A stretch of DNA of 59,082 bases, counting the filler, from Basidioascus undulatus (Eukaryota), in NCBI GenBank assembly GCA_000826855.1. It is 5 parts of 5 records of this genome, joined end to end, with 100 filler letters (N's around TTAATTAATTAA, not from the genome) between each part and the next. Parts side by side here need not be neighbours in the genome. Positions count along the whole stretch, not along the records: positions 7,771 to 35,816 come from JTLS01000151.1; 4 more parts are not named here. One strand, 5' to 3'. Each line of letters opens with the position of its first letter. Position 1 is the stretch's first letter. Made by a program: the position numbers and the translations under genes. Of this stretch, positions 12,963 to 27,097 are shown piece after piece. Below the pieces are notes generated by a model that was not told where the DNA came from, did not search any database, and was given only the letters and a program-made list of their open reading frames with translations.

Positions 12963-14990
12963 TCAGATCCCGCCCTTCATACTCTTCATCCTCTCCACCC
13001 ACCTCCGCTCTACCTCCTTCTCCCTGCGCGCCAAGAACCGCGGCTCGCCCCTGAGGTTCAAGCTGTCCGCGGGATTCTGCGTGAGTGGGCGGGGCGGGAA
13101 CTCGTCCGGTGCACTAGCGCACGGGGGCTCGCCTGAGGACGGGCTGGGGCTGCGGGAAGGCGAGGGCGACGTTGAAGGGGAGGAGGAGCGCGAGCGCGAG
13201 CGCCGGCGGAGAGCGGAGAGGATGGACGTGGGTCGGATGGGAGGGCGAGTGTGCACGCGTGTCGGTTGGTAGGGCGTCGAGAAGCGTTGCTGCGGGAGGG
13301 AGGACATCATGTGAGACGGTGCTTGGGAAAGGCACTCGAAGCGTACCACGCACTTTCCACGCTTTCGCAGTCGCCTTGCAGGCAGCATCGTACTCCTCTG
13401 GAGGAGGCAGTTCCGCTGGAACCGGAACGAAACCGAGGAGTCTAAGCATGTCTCGCCTGTCGTGCACAGTTCTGAACATGAGAACGCCTTTCTTGACGAA
13501 GCGGATCAAGATGGCCTACGAGACGCTCACCTATACGTCCCATCCCTGCCCTCCCTAGCATGCGCCCACCACGCCAAGCGAATGTCGAGGGTTGGCACAA
13601 GCCGACTAGGGTGGCCATGCGCGCGGACGAGGTCGAGATAGGAGTGGTAGCGCGACACGGCCGTCATGAGATCTGCGTCGGACCATTCGAGGGCAGTGAT
13701 AGCGTGGAGGGTTAGGAGAAGGCCGCGGTTCTGAGAAGAGACCCGGGTTAGATAACTAAACTCGGATCCTGTAGAAAGAGCGTAAAGGGCGAGGGAATGC
13801 ACAGTTTGGATGAGGTCGACGGGGAGGGGCGGGGGATGGGCGAAGGCTTCGAGGAGTCCTGTTGCGCTGTATACGCATTTAAGCGATCCAAGAGCCAGCT
13901 TGAGCAAATATGTGTTGTGGATCACAGGAGACAGAGGGAACGCACATCTCCTGCAGCTCCACCCTTATGACAGCTTCTACCCGCGTCGCGTCGCGTAGCG
14001 CGACCTCAACGATAGCCATGGACCACCCGATCTGTTCCCCAAGCTCCCGGTAATCCACAGCCGGGTACTGCCTGTCCAGCGCATCGCGGAACAGCGCAGC
14101 GAGTCGCTTGCGAGTCCCAGGCTGGTCAGGCACGGACTCGATGAAGTATCTGCAGGTCGCCGCGGTCGTGTCAGCGGTCGTGAGAAACTTCGGTTGGAGA
14201 AATGCCTCACCTGAACCCGTCCGCGCCCCCACTTCTTCTCCATTTAGACAGCTCGCGCACGAATCGCGCAGCGCAAAGCTCGTCGCGGCCGAAGCGCAGC
14301 CCGCAGGAAGTGCAAGCGGCAAGAAATCCTGGTTGAATGTAGCCAGTTCCCTCGGCGTTCGCAAAGACGACTTCGAAGGCGCTCAAGCACCGCGGACAAC
14401 GCACCGTGCGGGACGTCGAGCGCGCGGAGAGCTCGTACTCGGGCAAGGACGCGCTCGTCGTCATATGACTTGGCGGTGGAAGAGACTCGATGTCGGAAGG
14501 TAGTGCGAACTGTGGACCAGCAATTAAGCATCCGTTAGCAGAGAATCTTGCGCGCGAAGTGCACACGGCGGGCTAAAAAGCAATTCACGAGCTCCTCGCG
14601 AACCCACTCTTCCGACCCTCCCGCTCCAGTCAACGCCCAAACCGTCCCCGCAATCTCCGCCTCGGGACCCTCCCCTGTTCCTCTTTCCCTCTTCCCCGCC
14701 AGTCGGCGTTCAAAGGTCCATGCCTCGGACGCGGCCCAGTCGGCCTCGCTCCAGCTCGGCCGGCGGCTCGTGAGCGGGTACCCGCGGCCCATAATGTACC
14801 CGACGATTTCACTATGAGCCTGAAGCTCTGGGAGCAGAGCGCGAAGGCTCGACGGGCGGACGATGGGCGATGTCCAGTGCGGGCCGATTTTGAATGCGGG
14901 TACGAGAGTCGAGTCCGAAGAGGGCGAGTATGAAGGCGGCGGCGGCGGAGGCGGCGGGTCAGTGTCCGGAATGTATTGTGATTTTTCCAT
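12963..14990 (-). CDS. Glycine-rich domain-containing protein (GRDP/DUF1399)-like, multi-exon
   Basis: Contains VRCPRCLSAFEVVFANAEGTGYIQPGFLAACTSCG (Cys cluster), AVSRYHSYLDLV..LVPTLDIRLAWWAH (cf. family motif VPTLDIDLAWHTH) and YDAACKATAKAWK. GT-AG introns lie between the ORF blocks. Confidence 0.75.
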
Positions 14991-15689
14991 CGGCGGTGTA
15001 TGGATCGAATTGGTCAGTACGTGTGCAGAGGTGGTGATGGAAGGTGTTGAAGGTCAAGAAGTGAGGCGATGCGACGAAACGGCGAGATTCAGCCACACAT
15101 AGGTATTTGAATAGTATGGCACTTTGCCCGGCTGCCGATGACTTGACCCAACTCTGCAAACAGGCTCGTACGGGGGGGGGACCAGAGAGCTTGGGGAGAA
15201 TGCTGAATGCTGAGAAGGCGTGATGCTGAGCTTTTTTTTTTCCGATGTGGCCGGGAGGGTTCCAAGTTAGCGGAATCATGAGGTCGTGTCCTTCGACGGT
15301 GAACCGCCATTATGACAATTTCAGGCAGCCTTTTCAAAAATACCCTGCGGGTCAAGAACGAGGGCATTATTTTCTCAATTTCAAGCTCTCGATAAAGCTC
15401 CAGCGGGCATATGTCCGTGGCATGGGGGACGCACTTGCTGCAGGGAAATGTTGGTGGAATGCGAGCATCACAGCATGGAACAGGCCAGCTCACCATGGAT
15501 TAAGAGCATAAAAAACAGATATTGTTTTGGCGGAGACCAGGGCAAAATAGAGACCGCGTTAACGCCAGCCGCGCCTCCTTGCACCTCACCATCATCATCT
15601 GCACCCGCCTAACAACAACCTTCGAGGTCGACTATCATCAGAAACTCAGGCCTTCACTCGTTGTCTATTCGAATCCACCCAGACCTCAG

Positions 15690-16475
15690 ATGCCCTCCCT
15701 GGGCTTCCTGCAGAGATGCACCGGCTCATTATTGTGGAGGCTGAGTGCCCTCATCCTCTCGCCTGCACACGGGACTTGAGCACGCTCGCCGCGCTTGCCT
15801 CGTCTCACGCTCATTTAACGCGGCAGCAACACGGCGTCTCTATCGCTCGATCGTGTTGTCGAACGATGTCCAGATCACACAGCTGGCGAATGCTGCGGCC
15901 TCGAAGCCAGGTCTCCTCGAGCAGACTCACTCACTCATGGCCAACGGTTCGACGTCCTTCCCTGAAACGCTGGAAGGGATCGTTCGGCGGATGCCTGAGC
16001 TAAAGAGCCCGATCTCTTTATTTACCTGATTTTGCTGTGGGTCTTTGTGTGGAAGAACACACACGTCCGGATCATTCCGGCCGCGCTGCCTGGACGTTCA
16101 TGCCGCCCAAACGGTTGAACGTCTTGCCCTATGGGGAGCCGGTTTCGGCGAACCCTCCCACGTCGCAGCACTTTTACAGATGTCCCGTTTTACTCATCTT
16201 TCGGCCACTTTCGAGAAGACGAGCTTGCTGCGTCGTGAGCCCTTTCTTCGTGGCATAATGCACTTTCTCTGTGCAAGGTCATTATTGGCATGAATCACCT
16301 CCAGGCCGAAGATGACGAGGAGGATCGCTTTATGGGCAATTTGGACCTTCACTTACCGCCCAACCGCGGTGTTAAGATCGTCGTGTTCGTGTGGGGTAAG
16401 CCGAGGTCGGCAAGGAAAAGCAATTGGTTCTTCGACCGGCTCGTGGATGGAACGCTGTGGGAGTTTGAGGAGTGA
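15690..16475 (+). pseudogene. F-box-like protein, 'GAPSHPLAY' family copy 2, frameshifted
   Basis: Frame-hopping reconstruction gives LPAEMHRLIIVEAECPHPLACTRDLSTLAA/CLVSRSFNAAATRRLYRSIVL..TVERLALWG..FTHL..WFFDRLVDGTLWEFEE*, with at least 4 frameshifts. Confidence 0.75.
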
Positions 16476-17409
16476 TGCGGGGTGGGCTGCATCTCTTTAT
16501 TGTAAGGTACAGCTGTACGACCGATTGCAAAGCATTGTTGAATATGGACCTCTATTATGCGCACTCGCGAGGGAGAGGAGTGTAGAACCTATTTGCCGGC
16601 AGGGCCAAGTCCCGGATGATGGAGTGCACGCTCAACTGTTCATGGAGCCTTGGGGAGACAGCATTACCCAGTTAAACATGCAATGGTATCATTCGGACGT
16701 GTGCGTGACATAGCAGGGTATGTACGAGGCGGATCACGGTCTCCTGTATGCGAGCGTTGAAGCCAACTTGTCACACACGAGTGTCGCTTCAACAATTCAT
16801 GCCATCTTGGCGACTTTGGGAAGCCTCTGAAATTCCCCTCCTTTTCTGTCTGTTCGGAATCCGTGCCGCTTGGAGAAGTAAGTGTTGAGCCCAGCGCCCC
16901 TGCGACGGCGGCCGAGGCTGGAATACGAGCTTCTGAACAGTTCCAACTGGGTTATCGGCCGCCCTGTCTCGTTGATTAATCTCCGACGGTTACAGGCTGC
17001 AAGCGCAAGAAAAGAGTGAATGCGGTCAGTGCGGACGGAACGGGGCGGGATATGGCAGTTTATATTCTGAAGCCTCGCCGGCGGCGCAAGCGACTGCACA
17101 TGTCACCTTCAGACGGAATCCGCAACTAGGGACAATTCCGTTACTCATTACGGTACCTTGGGTAGCATTACCCTCTATCGAGATAGGAGCCTGGAATATG
17201 CAGCACTCCTTCTCGCTTGTCCTCGCGGCAGTCTGCAGATGGCATCCCGATCAGAAACTGGGGTAGCTGTCATATATAGCGGACTCCGGCCTTCATCTAC
17301 CGGTCATTTCCCTCCCAAGCATTTAAGGAGCCCCCTCTGCACTGTTCAACGGCAGTCTCAATCACTCTCTCTTTCCTCTCCCTTCCTCCTGACATTATGC
17401 AACTGCAAG

Positions 17410-18608
17410 ATGCTGGCATCTTCTCCTCTCAAAGTCGCGTCGACTGCACTCCTCGGCGCTCCTCGTCTCTTCGGCTGCTGCGGAAACGACATTCGCTTTG
17501 GGCCAAACTACTCACTCGGAGCGCCGAAGAGACATCAAGGGGGCTACCACCACGGCCATCCCCAATGCGCCGGCGAGCACCCAGCAGGACCTGCTCGTGA
17601 TCTGGCTGGGAATGGGGTGCGTTCCAGTCTTTATACCTGGTATATTGTTTCACTGTCTCCCCAGCGCTTCTGACACTTTTTCGAGGACGGCAAGCTCGTC
17701 CAAGCTATTGTCGAGTCCTGGGCTGACCCCGCTGCGTAAGTTGACCGTGTGCTGTACACCACGCAAGACACTACCTGCTGACATCACAATGATTCACAGG
17801 CAATGCGGTGGTGAGCGCAGCGGATGGTGTACTTTCACCAGCATCTTGGACGGTTAATTCATAAAAATTTCTACTGGGCCAAGCCAGTTTACCGCAAGGC
17901 GTCTCACGTGGTATCTATTCGACAGGTCAACAAGTTAATGGCGACTCGAAGCCGCTGGTGGCTGACCAGAAAGTCACTATCAATTGTGAGCACAGGCGCA
18001 TTTCTGTCCGCTTCTTCTCCCATAGAGTGTACGGTCTCATTGACTGGATGGCCATCGCAGACAAGTACATCGAGAACGAAGGATACGCTCAGACGGTCTC
18101 CATCAACGGCGAAGCCGTCTCGACGTTGACTCACCGTAAGATTCACCTCTCGGAACCGGAAGTCCCGAGCTGATCATGGTATTTCTCTTTAGCGTCTGGG
18201 AAGGCTATCGGCTGGGTGGGTTCTCGTTCCTTCTGTTTCGCCTTGCGACTGTCGAGAGGCTCACCTCCTCCTCTCGCAGGGTACTGCTGTCGAATGCCAA
18301 TCGGACGGCAGCGGGATCGTGAACGCGCACAGTGCCTCCTTGTACCCACCAGGGTCTTATCATCCAATACCTTTAATCCAAAACTTACAAATCTCCCCCT
18401 TGTAGTACCACAGCCTACAAGAACACCACGGTCGTCCTCGGCGCCGCGGATCCTAACTTCGGCTCGACGCTCTCCCAGGTAAACTCGACCGCGCCCGAAC
18501 TGCGCACACTCGACGTTGGCATTACGTGGCACCTCGACCAGATCGAGGAGGCCTACTTTGCTCCTCTCTGAAGGCGACGAGAGTAGTACTGCCCCGTGAG
18601 GAGCCTGA
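17410..18608 (+). pseudogene. Degenerate gene for an uncharacterised secreted fungal protein
   Basis: Signal-peptide-like start, then FGPNYSLG / DIKGATTTAIPNAPASTQQDLLVIWLGM / QAIVESW / CGGERSGWC / QTVSINGEAVSTL / SGKAIGW|GTAVECQ / NTTVVLGAADPNFGSTL in changing frames with introns. The 3' end is approximate. Confidence 0.55.
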
Positions 18609-19083
18609 GCCTTCTGAGCTAAGCTGCCCTGGATGCATTGCATTTCAGTCAGTGTTGTGTCAAGGCACAACGCCAGAGAGAATCTCTGCTTGTTCAAAAT
18701 TTCTCGTGTGACTGAGCAAGACAGCGTGCGAAAGAGTGTATTGCTTGCTCGAAATTGCCCATGAGAGGCAATGTGAGCCAGGCTGTGTCGGTCGAGTACC
18801 GCCCTGTTTCACACATGTAGATTATTCACAGGACGACTTAAAGCCTACGTGGACATATCATAATGCATTGCTATTTTTTCAGCGGAAGTACGACGGAGAG
18901 CCAGCGAGAGCTGGCCGAATGTCACTGTGACAGCTGACCCTATCGTGACAATCGCAACGTCTCACCCCTCACTCTCTTGTCCCCAACCGCCATCATCTCC
19001 CCTGCTTGCCTTGCTTTCTTCCTTGCTTGCTGTTTCTCCGCCACTTAAAGACGTCTCACTTCTTGCGGGGCCATATTTGGAGC

Positions 19084-20267
19084 ATGTCGGGCTCATCGGC
19101 CTCCTCCGAATCGTACATCTTCTCCGAGTACTCAGCCTCGCCTTCGGCACCCTCTCAACCATTACCACACCCGCACGCACCCGCACCAACGCGTTGGTCT
19201 AGCCTACCAGCTCGTGGTCAAGCGAAGCTCACACATCTACCTTTTCTCGCCCTCCTCGAGGTGTGCTCGTATCTCCCGCTGGAGTCACTACGAGCACTGT
19301 ACCACACGCACCGCGCGCTGCGGCAGACGGTCGATTCGGGCGCTCAGAGCTTCTTTGGCCCACACCATGCGCGGAGGGGTCTTATAGAGCGTGCACGGAT
19401 GCATGCTGGATGGGAAGAGAGGGAGGAGTTTTGGCAGCAAGTCAAGATCGCGTTCTGGTTGACGGATGCGCCCTTCGACGCTGCGCTTAATGACCGGTAC
19501 GTCTTCTCGCCCTTGAAGGGGTCTTCTTTGGAGCTCTGAATGTGGGTCCACCTTCCAGAATTGCGATTGAAGACGCCTATTGGTCCTCCACCTATTCCAC
19601 CCTCCGCCATTCCTCCCCATCACCGTCCGTCTCTCCCCGCCTCTCGCACTCGCCCACGCCGGTCGAACGCTGGGTGCCGCCCACCGCAGCGTCCTACCGC
19701 ACGTACGCGCGCGCAGGATACCGCCTCCACGCGACGCACCACCTCGTCCTCCTCAAGCGGAAGATCTGCTTCTTTTGCGCGTTCTCCCCATCGCCCATCT
19801 GCCCCGGCCCGACCATCGTGCCCCTCTCGTCCGACACGCCATGCTGCGACCGCTGTCGCGCTTGCAGCTGCGGCATGCACTGCGGCGAGCGCGGCGCGGT
19901 TGGGTGGGAAAGCGACGCGGGAGAGGACGACCCGGCGCAGGCGCAGGCACAAGCGCCGGCGCTTCCGCATCCCCCACCCGCAGCGCTGGCGGCCCTCATC
20001 GCGCTGCAGGGTGGTGGGCTCCCGATGTTCATGGCTCAACCACCACCACCCCCCTCGCCCCCGGCGCTTCCGCCCAACGCGATCCTCCCTGCCCAGGGTG
20101 GGGACGTCGCAATCCGGACCGTAAAACTCAAGCCGCGGGGCCGCCCCATCGGCACATTCTCGGGCGACTGCATCCCGGAGTGGGCGAATCTGTGCAAGAC
20201 TTGCGTAAAAGACCTGAAGGATGGGGAGTGGGCACTGGATGACGAGCGATGGTGGATCTCTCCGTGA
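19084..20267 (+). CDS. F-box protein with Cys-rich C-terminal region, 2 exons
   Basis: F-box motif LTHLPFLALLEVCSYLPLESLRALYHTHRALRQ; GTACGT..CCAG intron at about 19497-19558; exon 2 has CFFC, CCDRCRACSCGMHC and CKTC. Confidence 0.7.
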
Positions 20268-22294
20268 GTAATGCGTAGCCCGGCGGACGAGAAGACGAGA
20301 CGAACGAGACGCGTTCCCCTTGTTGTTGTAGCCGCTTGACATATCATGTAAGAAATACACGTAAGTGTGAGTATTACAATCGTCTCTTATGTTGCCTATC
20401 TATGATTGTTTGCGCACAGCGAGCCGTCCTGCGTGCTGTGTGGAAGTGCCAACACTCGCTGCCAGTATGTGACTTCTACAAGCTCCCGGCTCTAGGATTA
20501 GATGATGATTCTAATCGCGTGCTCTTTCGCCTCGCTGTCAAAAAGATTACATACGTGCGGGCTGATTTCCGCGTTGGCCTCATAGGTACTGCAACCTCAG
20601 ACGAACATGAGAACCGGCCGTCGTATCAACTTTTCTAAGACTCAAAAAGTCTCATTATACATACAGTGGATGAATTTATAGTCACAAAGTACCCACAAAT
20701 GACTGTCCGGCAGAGTCTTCGCACTCTCAGCTGGACGCGTGTCGGTCGTAAGGACCCTCTTCAAGATTCTGCAATACCTTTACAATACTTTGAGTGAGTT
20801 CGGAAGAGCTTCCCATGACTCAGGGACTACGAAGGGAGGGGTCGGACGAGGCAAACGGCTTCCTCGTTGAGGTACGCAGCGTGAAGCGTTAGACAGAGAG
20901 CCTTGCACCCTCAGGTCCCGTTACACCGCATCGTGGACGGTACCCGCACAAACAACTGCAATTGAAGGGCTTTCAAAAAACTACTTCTGAATTCGAAGCT
21001 TTGCTGGGAACAATGGAGTGTTCAGCCATCCAGTCAAGAAAGAACGGTGCATTTTGCACGAATGCCGGCAAGACGATCAGCGAGATCTGACCATTGTAAG
21101 TCAGGAGAGGGTTCCTTGGGTTGGCGCAATGTCCCAATTCCGAGAAAGGGGATTTTGTTGCCAATTAAGGGATTGCGAGGTACGAGGGATATTACGAGCC
21201 CAGGAGCAGCGGTGCAGGCTGCGTGATCTCTGTGTCATCGGGCACAATCGAACATCGTAACCACACCTTTTCAGCGCCATGATGACCGTCACTAAAGCAC
21301 GCAACACTCTGCCCAACTTCCACATGCGCGAGAATCCCCCGCTGAACCTTCCTCCTCACCGCGCGGATAATTCTCGCAGAGCTGCGTCAGAACACATGTA
21401 CTTTGTGCACGTTCAAAGTCCTCCTCACCGTATCAACAGCCTAGTAGCGAGAGAAGTGTATGTGAATGGCCCACGCGCTCGTCCTCCCAAACCCGCCACC
21501 GCGCCTAAGGGCGCCGTACGCCAACAATCATGTGTGAGCACTCTGCATCGTTTGACCGCTTAGTTGTAATATTTAGAAAGATCCTATTCAGGCTACATCA
21601 TTATTGCTTTGGACTTGCTGCGCTTGGGCACATGGAAGAGAGCGAGCGATCTTCCACGTTGCGTCACGCTGTATAGCATACGACTTCTCTCGCTACTCAT
21701 GAGCTACTTGACTGCAAACGCGTCGTCTCTAGAGGTCCATGGGAAGGGATAAAAACTCTCACGCGTGTTCGAGACACAAGCAGGCGATGCCGGAGGTGTG
21801 TAAAGTGTTAGTGTCGTAGGCGCGCTGCACTAGCTCTCCAGGATGGAGGGCTGCACGTGGATCATGTCGACTACAGCAGGCTACCACGTTGTGTTCTTTC
21901 CAAAAGTTGCAACGCCAAGTATTTCGGGACTTACTTGTGAGTGGACATGTGGAAACGAGCCGAAGAGGGGTCACGCCGTGTTGCTCCACTTATAATGTAC
22001 AGACAATGAGCACTCGAAATGGTATAAAAACTTGGGGTGCAGCCTGGGCACTCCAGTTTTCCATGTTTCTCATCTTTCGCAGTCAAGACTCAGAGCAACA
22101 ATGAAGTTCTTGATCACCGTTCCGGCCACTCTTGCTGTCGCTTTCACAGCGCTAACAGGCGTCACCTGCGCTGCGCCGTTTGTGCCCCAGGTGTTCAGTG
22201 CTTCCCAACTCTGCTAGAACTCTCTCTACTTTATAGGCTTACCCAGTCGCTTCAACCTTTGGTACACTAGGGGCTTCACGTTCTCACCAAAGAG

Positions 22295-22593
22295 CTAACC
22301 ACGCGCAAGCGAGCCGGGTATCGATCGTTCGAGCGCGGAGAAAGACCGGACGTGCGATTTCCTGCATCTCGGCTCGGTGTGGAAGCGTGAGGAGCTGCAC
22401 CAAGGCATCATCGGACGCGGACAGTCATCGAACGGTACAGGAGCGGGATTGCAGTCGTGTTGAACGAGCGCGAAACCAAGCAGAGCGCCGCAAGCGTAGC
22501 GCAGTCGGGAGCGTAAGCTAGCGGGTGCGATGGAGTGCCCGCTTCGAAGATGATGAGCTGGTGAATTTCGGGAGGAAGCCGCGGGAGGGCCAT
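22295..22593 (-). pseudogene. F-box-like 'GAPSHPLAY' family copy 3, truncated
   Basis: MALPRLPPEIHQLIIFEAGTPSHPLAYAPDCATLAALCLVSRSFNTTAIPLLYRSMTV, then a frameshift/stop. No C-terminal half is recognisable. Confidence 0.75.
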
Positions 22594-23002
22594 CGTAGTC
22601 GCCAAAAAGACAAGGTGAAGGCAAAGAGCGAAAGCGACGAAAGGCAGACAAGCGATTGGCGGGGACGGTGAGCGACGGCGGTGAGCAAAAAAGGTGAGGA
22701 TGGTGAGCGAGTACAAAGACGGATGAAGACGCCAGTGGCCGGGAACCCGTTATCACGAGGCAACCCCATCTCACACATTTTCCCCAACGAAGACAAGCCC
22801 GGCCGCAGCAGATCAGCGATGCTCGTACGTTCGCCCGCGACAAGATGCTTAGATCGTCAGCAGATCAGCGATCCTCTCACAAATGCACGCAAGCACACCG
22901 CGAAGTGTCTTTTGTCACAACACGCCGTCGCCGTAGATGCATGGACACATAGAACGAGGAAGAAACCGCCAAAAGAGCCGCTCCGCACCGCGTCGCATAC
23001 GT

Positions 23003-24265
<1,263 letters not shown>

Positions 24266-26170
24266 GGTGGGCAGCTGGTCTTGACGACGTCGACGGAGTA
24301 AGGGTGGGCCACGGGCGGATTTCCAAGGAGGCCTTGCCTTCGCCCACTCGCCCTTCCAATTTTCTAGGTTAGGTTGACAGTTCGAGATTCGACTTCCCAT
24401 TCCGCGGACGGGCTTTAGGGCCGGTCGTGATTGCAATCTGGTGGCAAACAGCACGTGTCGTTCTCTTTCGCTGGGTACTTGTTATACTCTTTCAGGTATT
24501 TTCCAATCACTGCATTTTTCAGGTACCGGTGGTTTACCCGCAGAGCGGCATTTCCTGCCAAGGCCTCGTCGGATACCAAGGAAGAAGTTGGACTGCAGCA
24601 CAGTGCATGGCACTGTCTGCTCTTTTCTCTACCATTGGTGTCGAGCAAAATATGTCCTCTGATATTGTAAGATGCCGGACCTTGCTGTTCAGAAGAGTTG
24701 ACCACTGCCCGGTCTGCATAGGTCACGCTGCGCAGCGTTTCATGGCCCATGCACTCTACTTACAGTTGCTGGTGAATTGTATAGTCTGCAAAGGTCTGGA
24801 ACGAGAGCTTGACGGTGCATAGCGAAGAGCAGGACCACATGAGTCGAGCCCCAATACAGATGTTTTACAACAGATGTAGCGTGAAGTACAACCCCAGCAG
24901 CCCTCCCGATCCACCAACTAACGGCGACCCCGTGACAGCGCCCGCAAACCCCGCAATTGCAACCAGCTAAAGCACCGCGCTCATAGCCCTACACCTCCAG
25001 ACCCAAACCCCAACATCTTCCTCCAGCAAGCCAGGGGGCTCGTCTGTACGCATGCCGGGTATGCCGTCTCTGTGCCCCAAGCATATCCACCTCGCGCCCG
25101 GTACATCTCACACCAGCCTCACCCTCCCGGACGGAGTGAGCATAAACCCGCCTACGAGCCACGCGAACGAAAGCAGGCAGAAGCCGATGAGAAGAACGCC
25201 TTTGCCGGGAGCGGTTCGCGCGAGGGAGGCGGCGCTGGGCGGACGGGGGAAGGTGCGCCTGGGGATGAAGGCGGGCGAAGGGTGATTGACGAAGCGCGGG
25301 GGGAGGTCGTGCGGCGGGCGTCGACGCTTCTCGCTGGCTATGAGCGCGGGGAGCGGCTTCTTAATGGCTCGCCGGAGCACGGGCTGAGCCCGATGAGCGG
25401 GCTTGGGGGATCGAGCGCGTGGATGGATTCGATTATTGGGAGGCTGCTTCCCATTCTTCGGAGCCCGCGACGAGGATGGAGGTGAGCGAGGCGCGCTTTG
25501 AAGCAGCGCGTGGAGACGGAGGGGTGCTCCGAGAACCCGCCGTGCGAGGAGATGGTTGACAGGGCGGGAGACTTCATGGTGAGCGGTGATGAAGAGGCAT
25601 GATTAGCTTTCGATGCCGAGATTGGAATGGCAAAGCGTGGAGCGAGCAATAGGGAGATGGTAGCACAGCGAACGCGACGCCGTCCGTTCACGCCGTTGGG
25701 ACGGCTTGGCCCGGCGGTCGCTGCTCGTTTCGTTTCTGCGTGCAGCGTGCATGCCATCGAAAAAGCTCACTCACAAAGCGCATTTGTTTCGCTGCACAAA
25801 ATACATCCAATCTTGTTCTCTTCCCGGAAATTGTTCAGTTTATCTCCTCAATCTGACCCCCACGTATACGTACCCGCGCTCTTGAGAGTTGCTCGTCGCG
25901 GTGCTTGCACTCTCATCTCAACGCACTGGAAACACCGGCAACGTGCATAGATGACAGTGCAATATGTTACGGTTATAACTATCATCTCAAACCTCTCTCT
26001 GAGACAGTCAGGTATAGCTGTCGCTCAGACATGCCCGCTTCCGGATGTCGTTGTCTCACAAGCTCGCAGCCAGACGCTGCTGTCCTCTCCAACTCAACAA
26101 ACATAACTCGGACATGAGGTTTGAAATAACAAGACTACCTTATCATCCTAAACTTGAAATCAAGCATCGT

Positions 26171-27097
26171 TCATACACACGAAAGGGGCTGTATGCTGGA
26201 ATGCATATGGCGATGCCCTCGCTTCATACAGGCTGCTCTCCACCCGCTCCTCTGCCTCAGTCCTCCCCAAGCCACAGGTCCAAAATGCTCAATCCGGACC
26301 ACACCATACCGAAAGGTCGGCCTCAGACAGAGTGCCGTTGAGGATGCTGTTGACTCAACCATCTTCAGTTCCAACTTCACCACCGTTGTATGCCGCAACG
26401 ATCTGGAGATTGCTGCCGATTGTGACACGCGCAGCTTTTCGAGTGAATTGTCTCTTTCCTCCCTTGCATTCACCCCCAATATGAGCTTGCGCAACGACGG
26501 AGCGCGATCGAGGAATTGCGACATGCCATTCAGAAATCTGTCATCCAGTGACAGATGAGAAAAGGCCAGATGAGTGAGATAAGGCACCTTCGAAATTCTC
26601 TCGACCATCCCCTCGTGCTCGAATGGGACACGGAACAGAGCCAGGCGTTGAACGGGTTGTGATACGTAGACCTCAAAGAATCTCGTAAAGTTCTCGAACG
26701 GCAGCGAACACTCCTCCAGGTCATAATGCGCTCTGAAGGAAAGGAATGTTCTGGTGCTCCAAAAGAAGCGCCTGAGCGCAGACATATATGTCCCGATGAG
26801 CATGCTTGTCTGGTCGGGGAGATGCTTGCCCAAGTGCAAGCGCAGCGAATGAGTCCAAGGGAGGAGCTGCAGGGTCGTTTCCGCCGTGCGTGCCAGCTTC
26901 TTCCTTTGCTGAAGCGATGTCAAAGTGATTGAGCTGTAGAGAAGCGGCGCTGCAACGGCGTAGAACGAGCGCGAGACAAAGCAGAGCGCAGCGAGCGTGC
27001 CCGAGTAGTCCCTCGAGTAGGCGAGCGGGTGCGACGGTGCGCCGGCCTCCGCGATAATGAGCCCGTGGATCTCAACAGGGAGTGGCGGGAGAGTCAT
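26171..27097 (-). CDS. F-box-like 'GAPSHPLAY' family copy 4 (longest ORF; C-terminus probably frameshifted)
   Basis: MTLPPLPVEIHGLIIAEAGAPSHPLAYSRDYSGTLAALCFVSRSFYAVAAPLLYSSITL..LEECSLPF..VQRLALFRVPFE..LTHLAF..DRAPSLRKLILG aligns colinearly with copy 1. The homologous tail (NLQIVAAYNG..NGTL) lies in another frame near 26330-26410. Confidence 0.75.
   Translation of the reverse strand: MTLPPLPVEIHGLIIAEAGAPSHPLAYSRDYSGTLAALCFVSRSFYAVAAPLLYSSITLTSLQQRKKLARTAETTLQLLPWTHSLRLHLGKHLPDQTSMLIGTYMSALRRFFWSTRTFLSFRAHYDLEECSLPFENFTRFFEVYVSQPVQRLALFRVPFEHEGMVERISKVPYLTHLAFSHLSLDDRFLNGMSQFLDRAPSLRKLILGVNAREERDNSLEKLRVSQSAAISRSLRHTTVVKLELKMVESTASSTALCLRPTFRYGVVRIEHFGPVAWGGLRQRSGWRAACMKRGHRHMHSSIQPLSCV

Noticed and set aside
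20973..21520. Minus-strand fragments (KLGRVLRALVTVIMALK; GQISLIVLPAF) suggestive of a decayed gene
   Set aside because: Too short and fragmented to assign without a homology search.
24361..24421. Telo-box-like TAGGTTAGGTT / TTTAGGG upstream of RPS18
   Set aside because: Imperfect single occurrences; not distinguishable from chance without comparing other ribosomal-protein promoters.
24990..25600. GC-rich coding-like stretch on the minus strand
   Set aside because: All frames are interrupted and no family motif is visible; possibly another decayed gene but unsupported.
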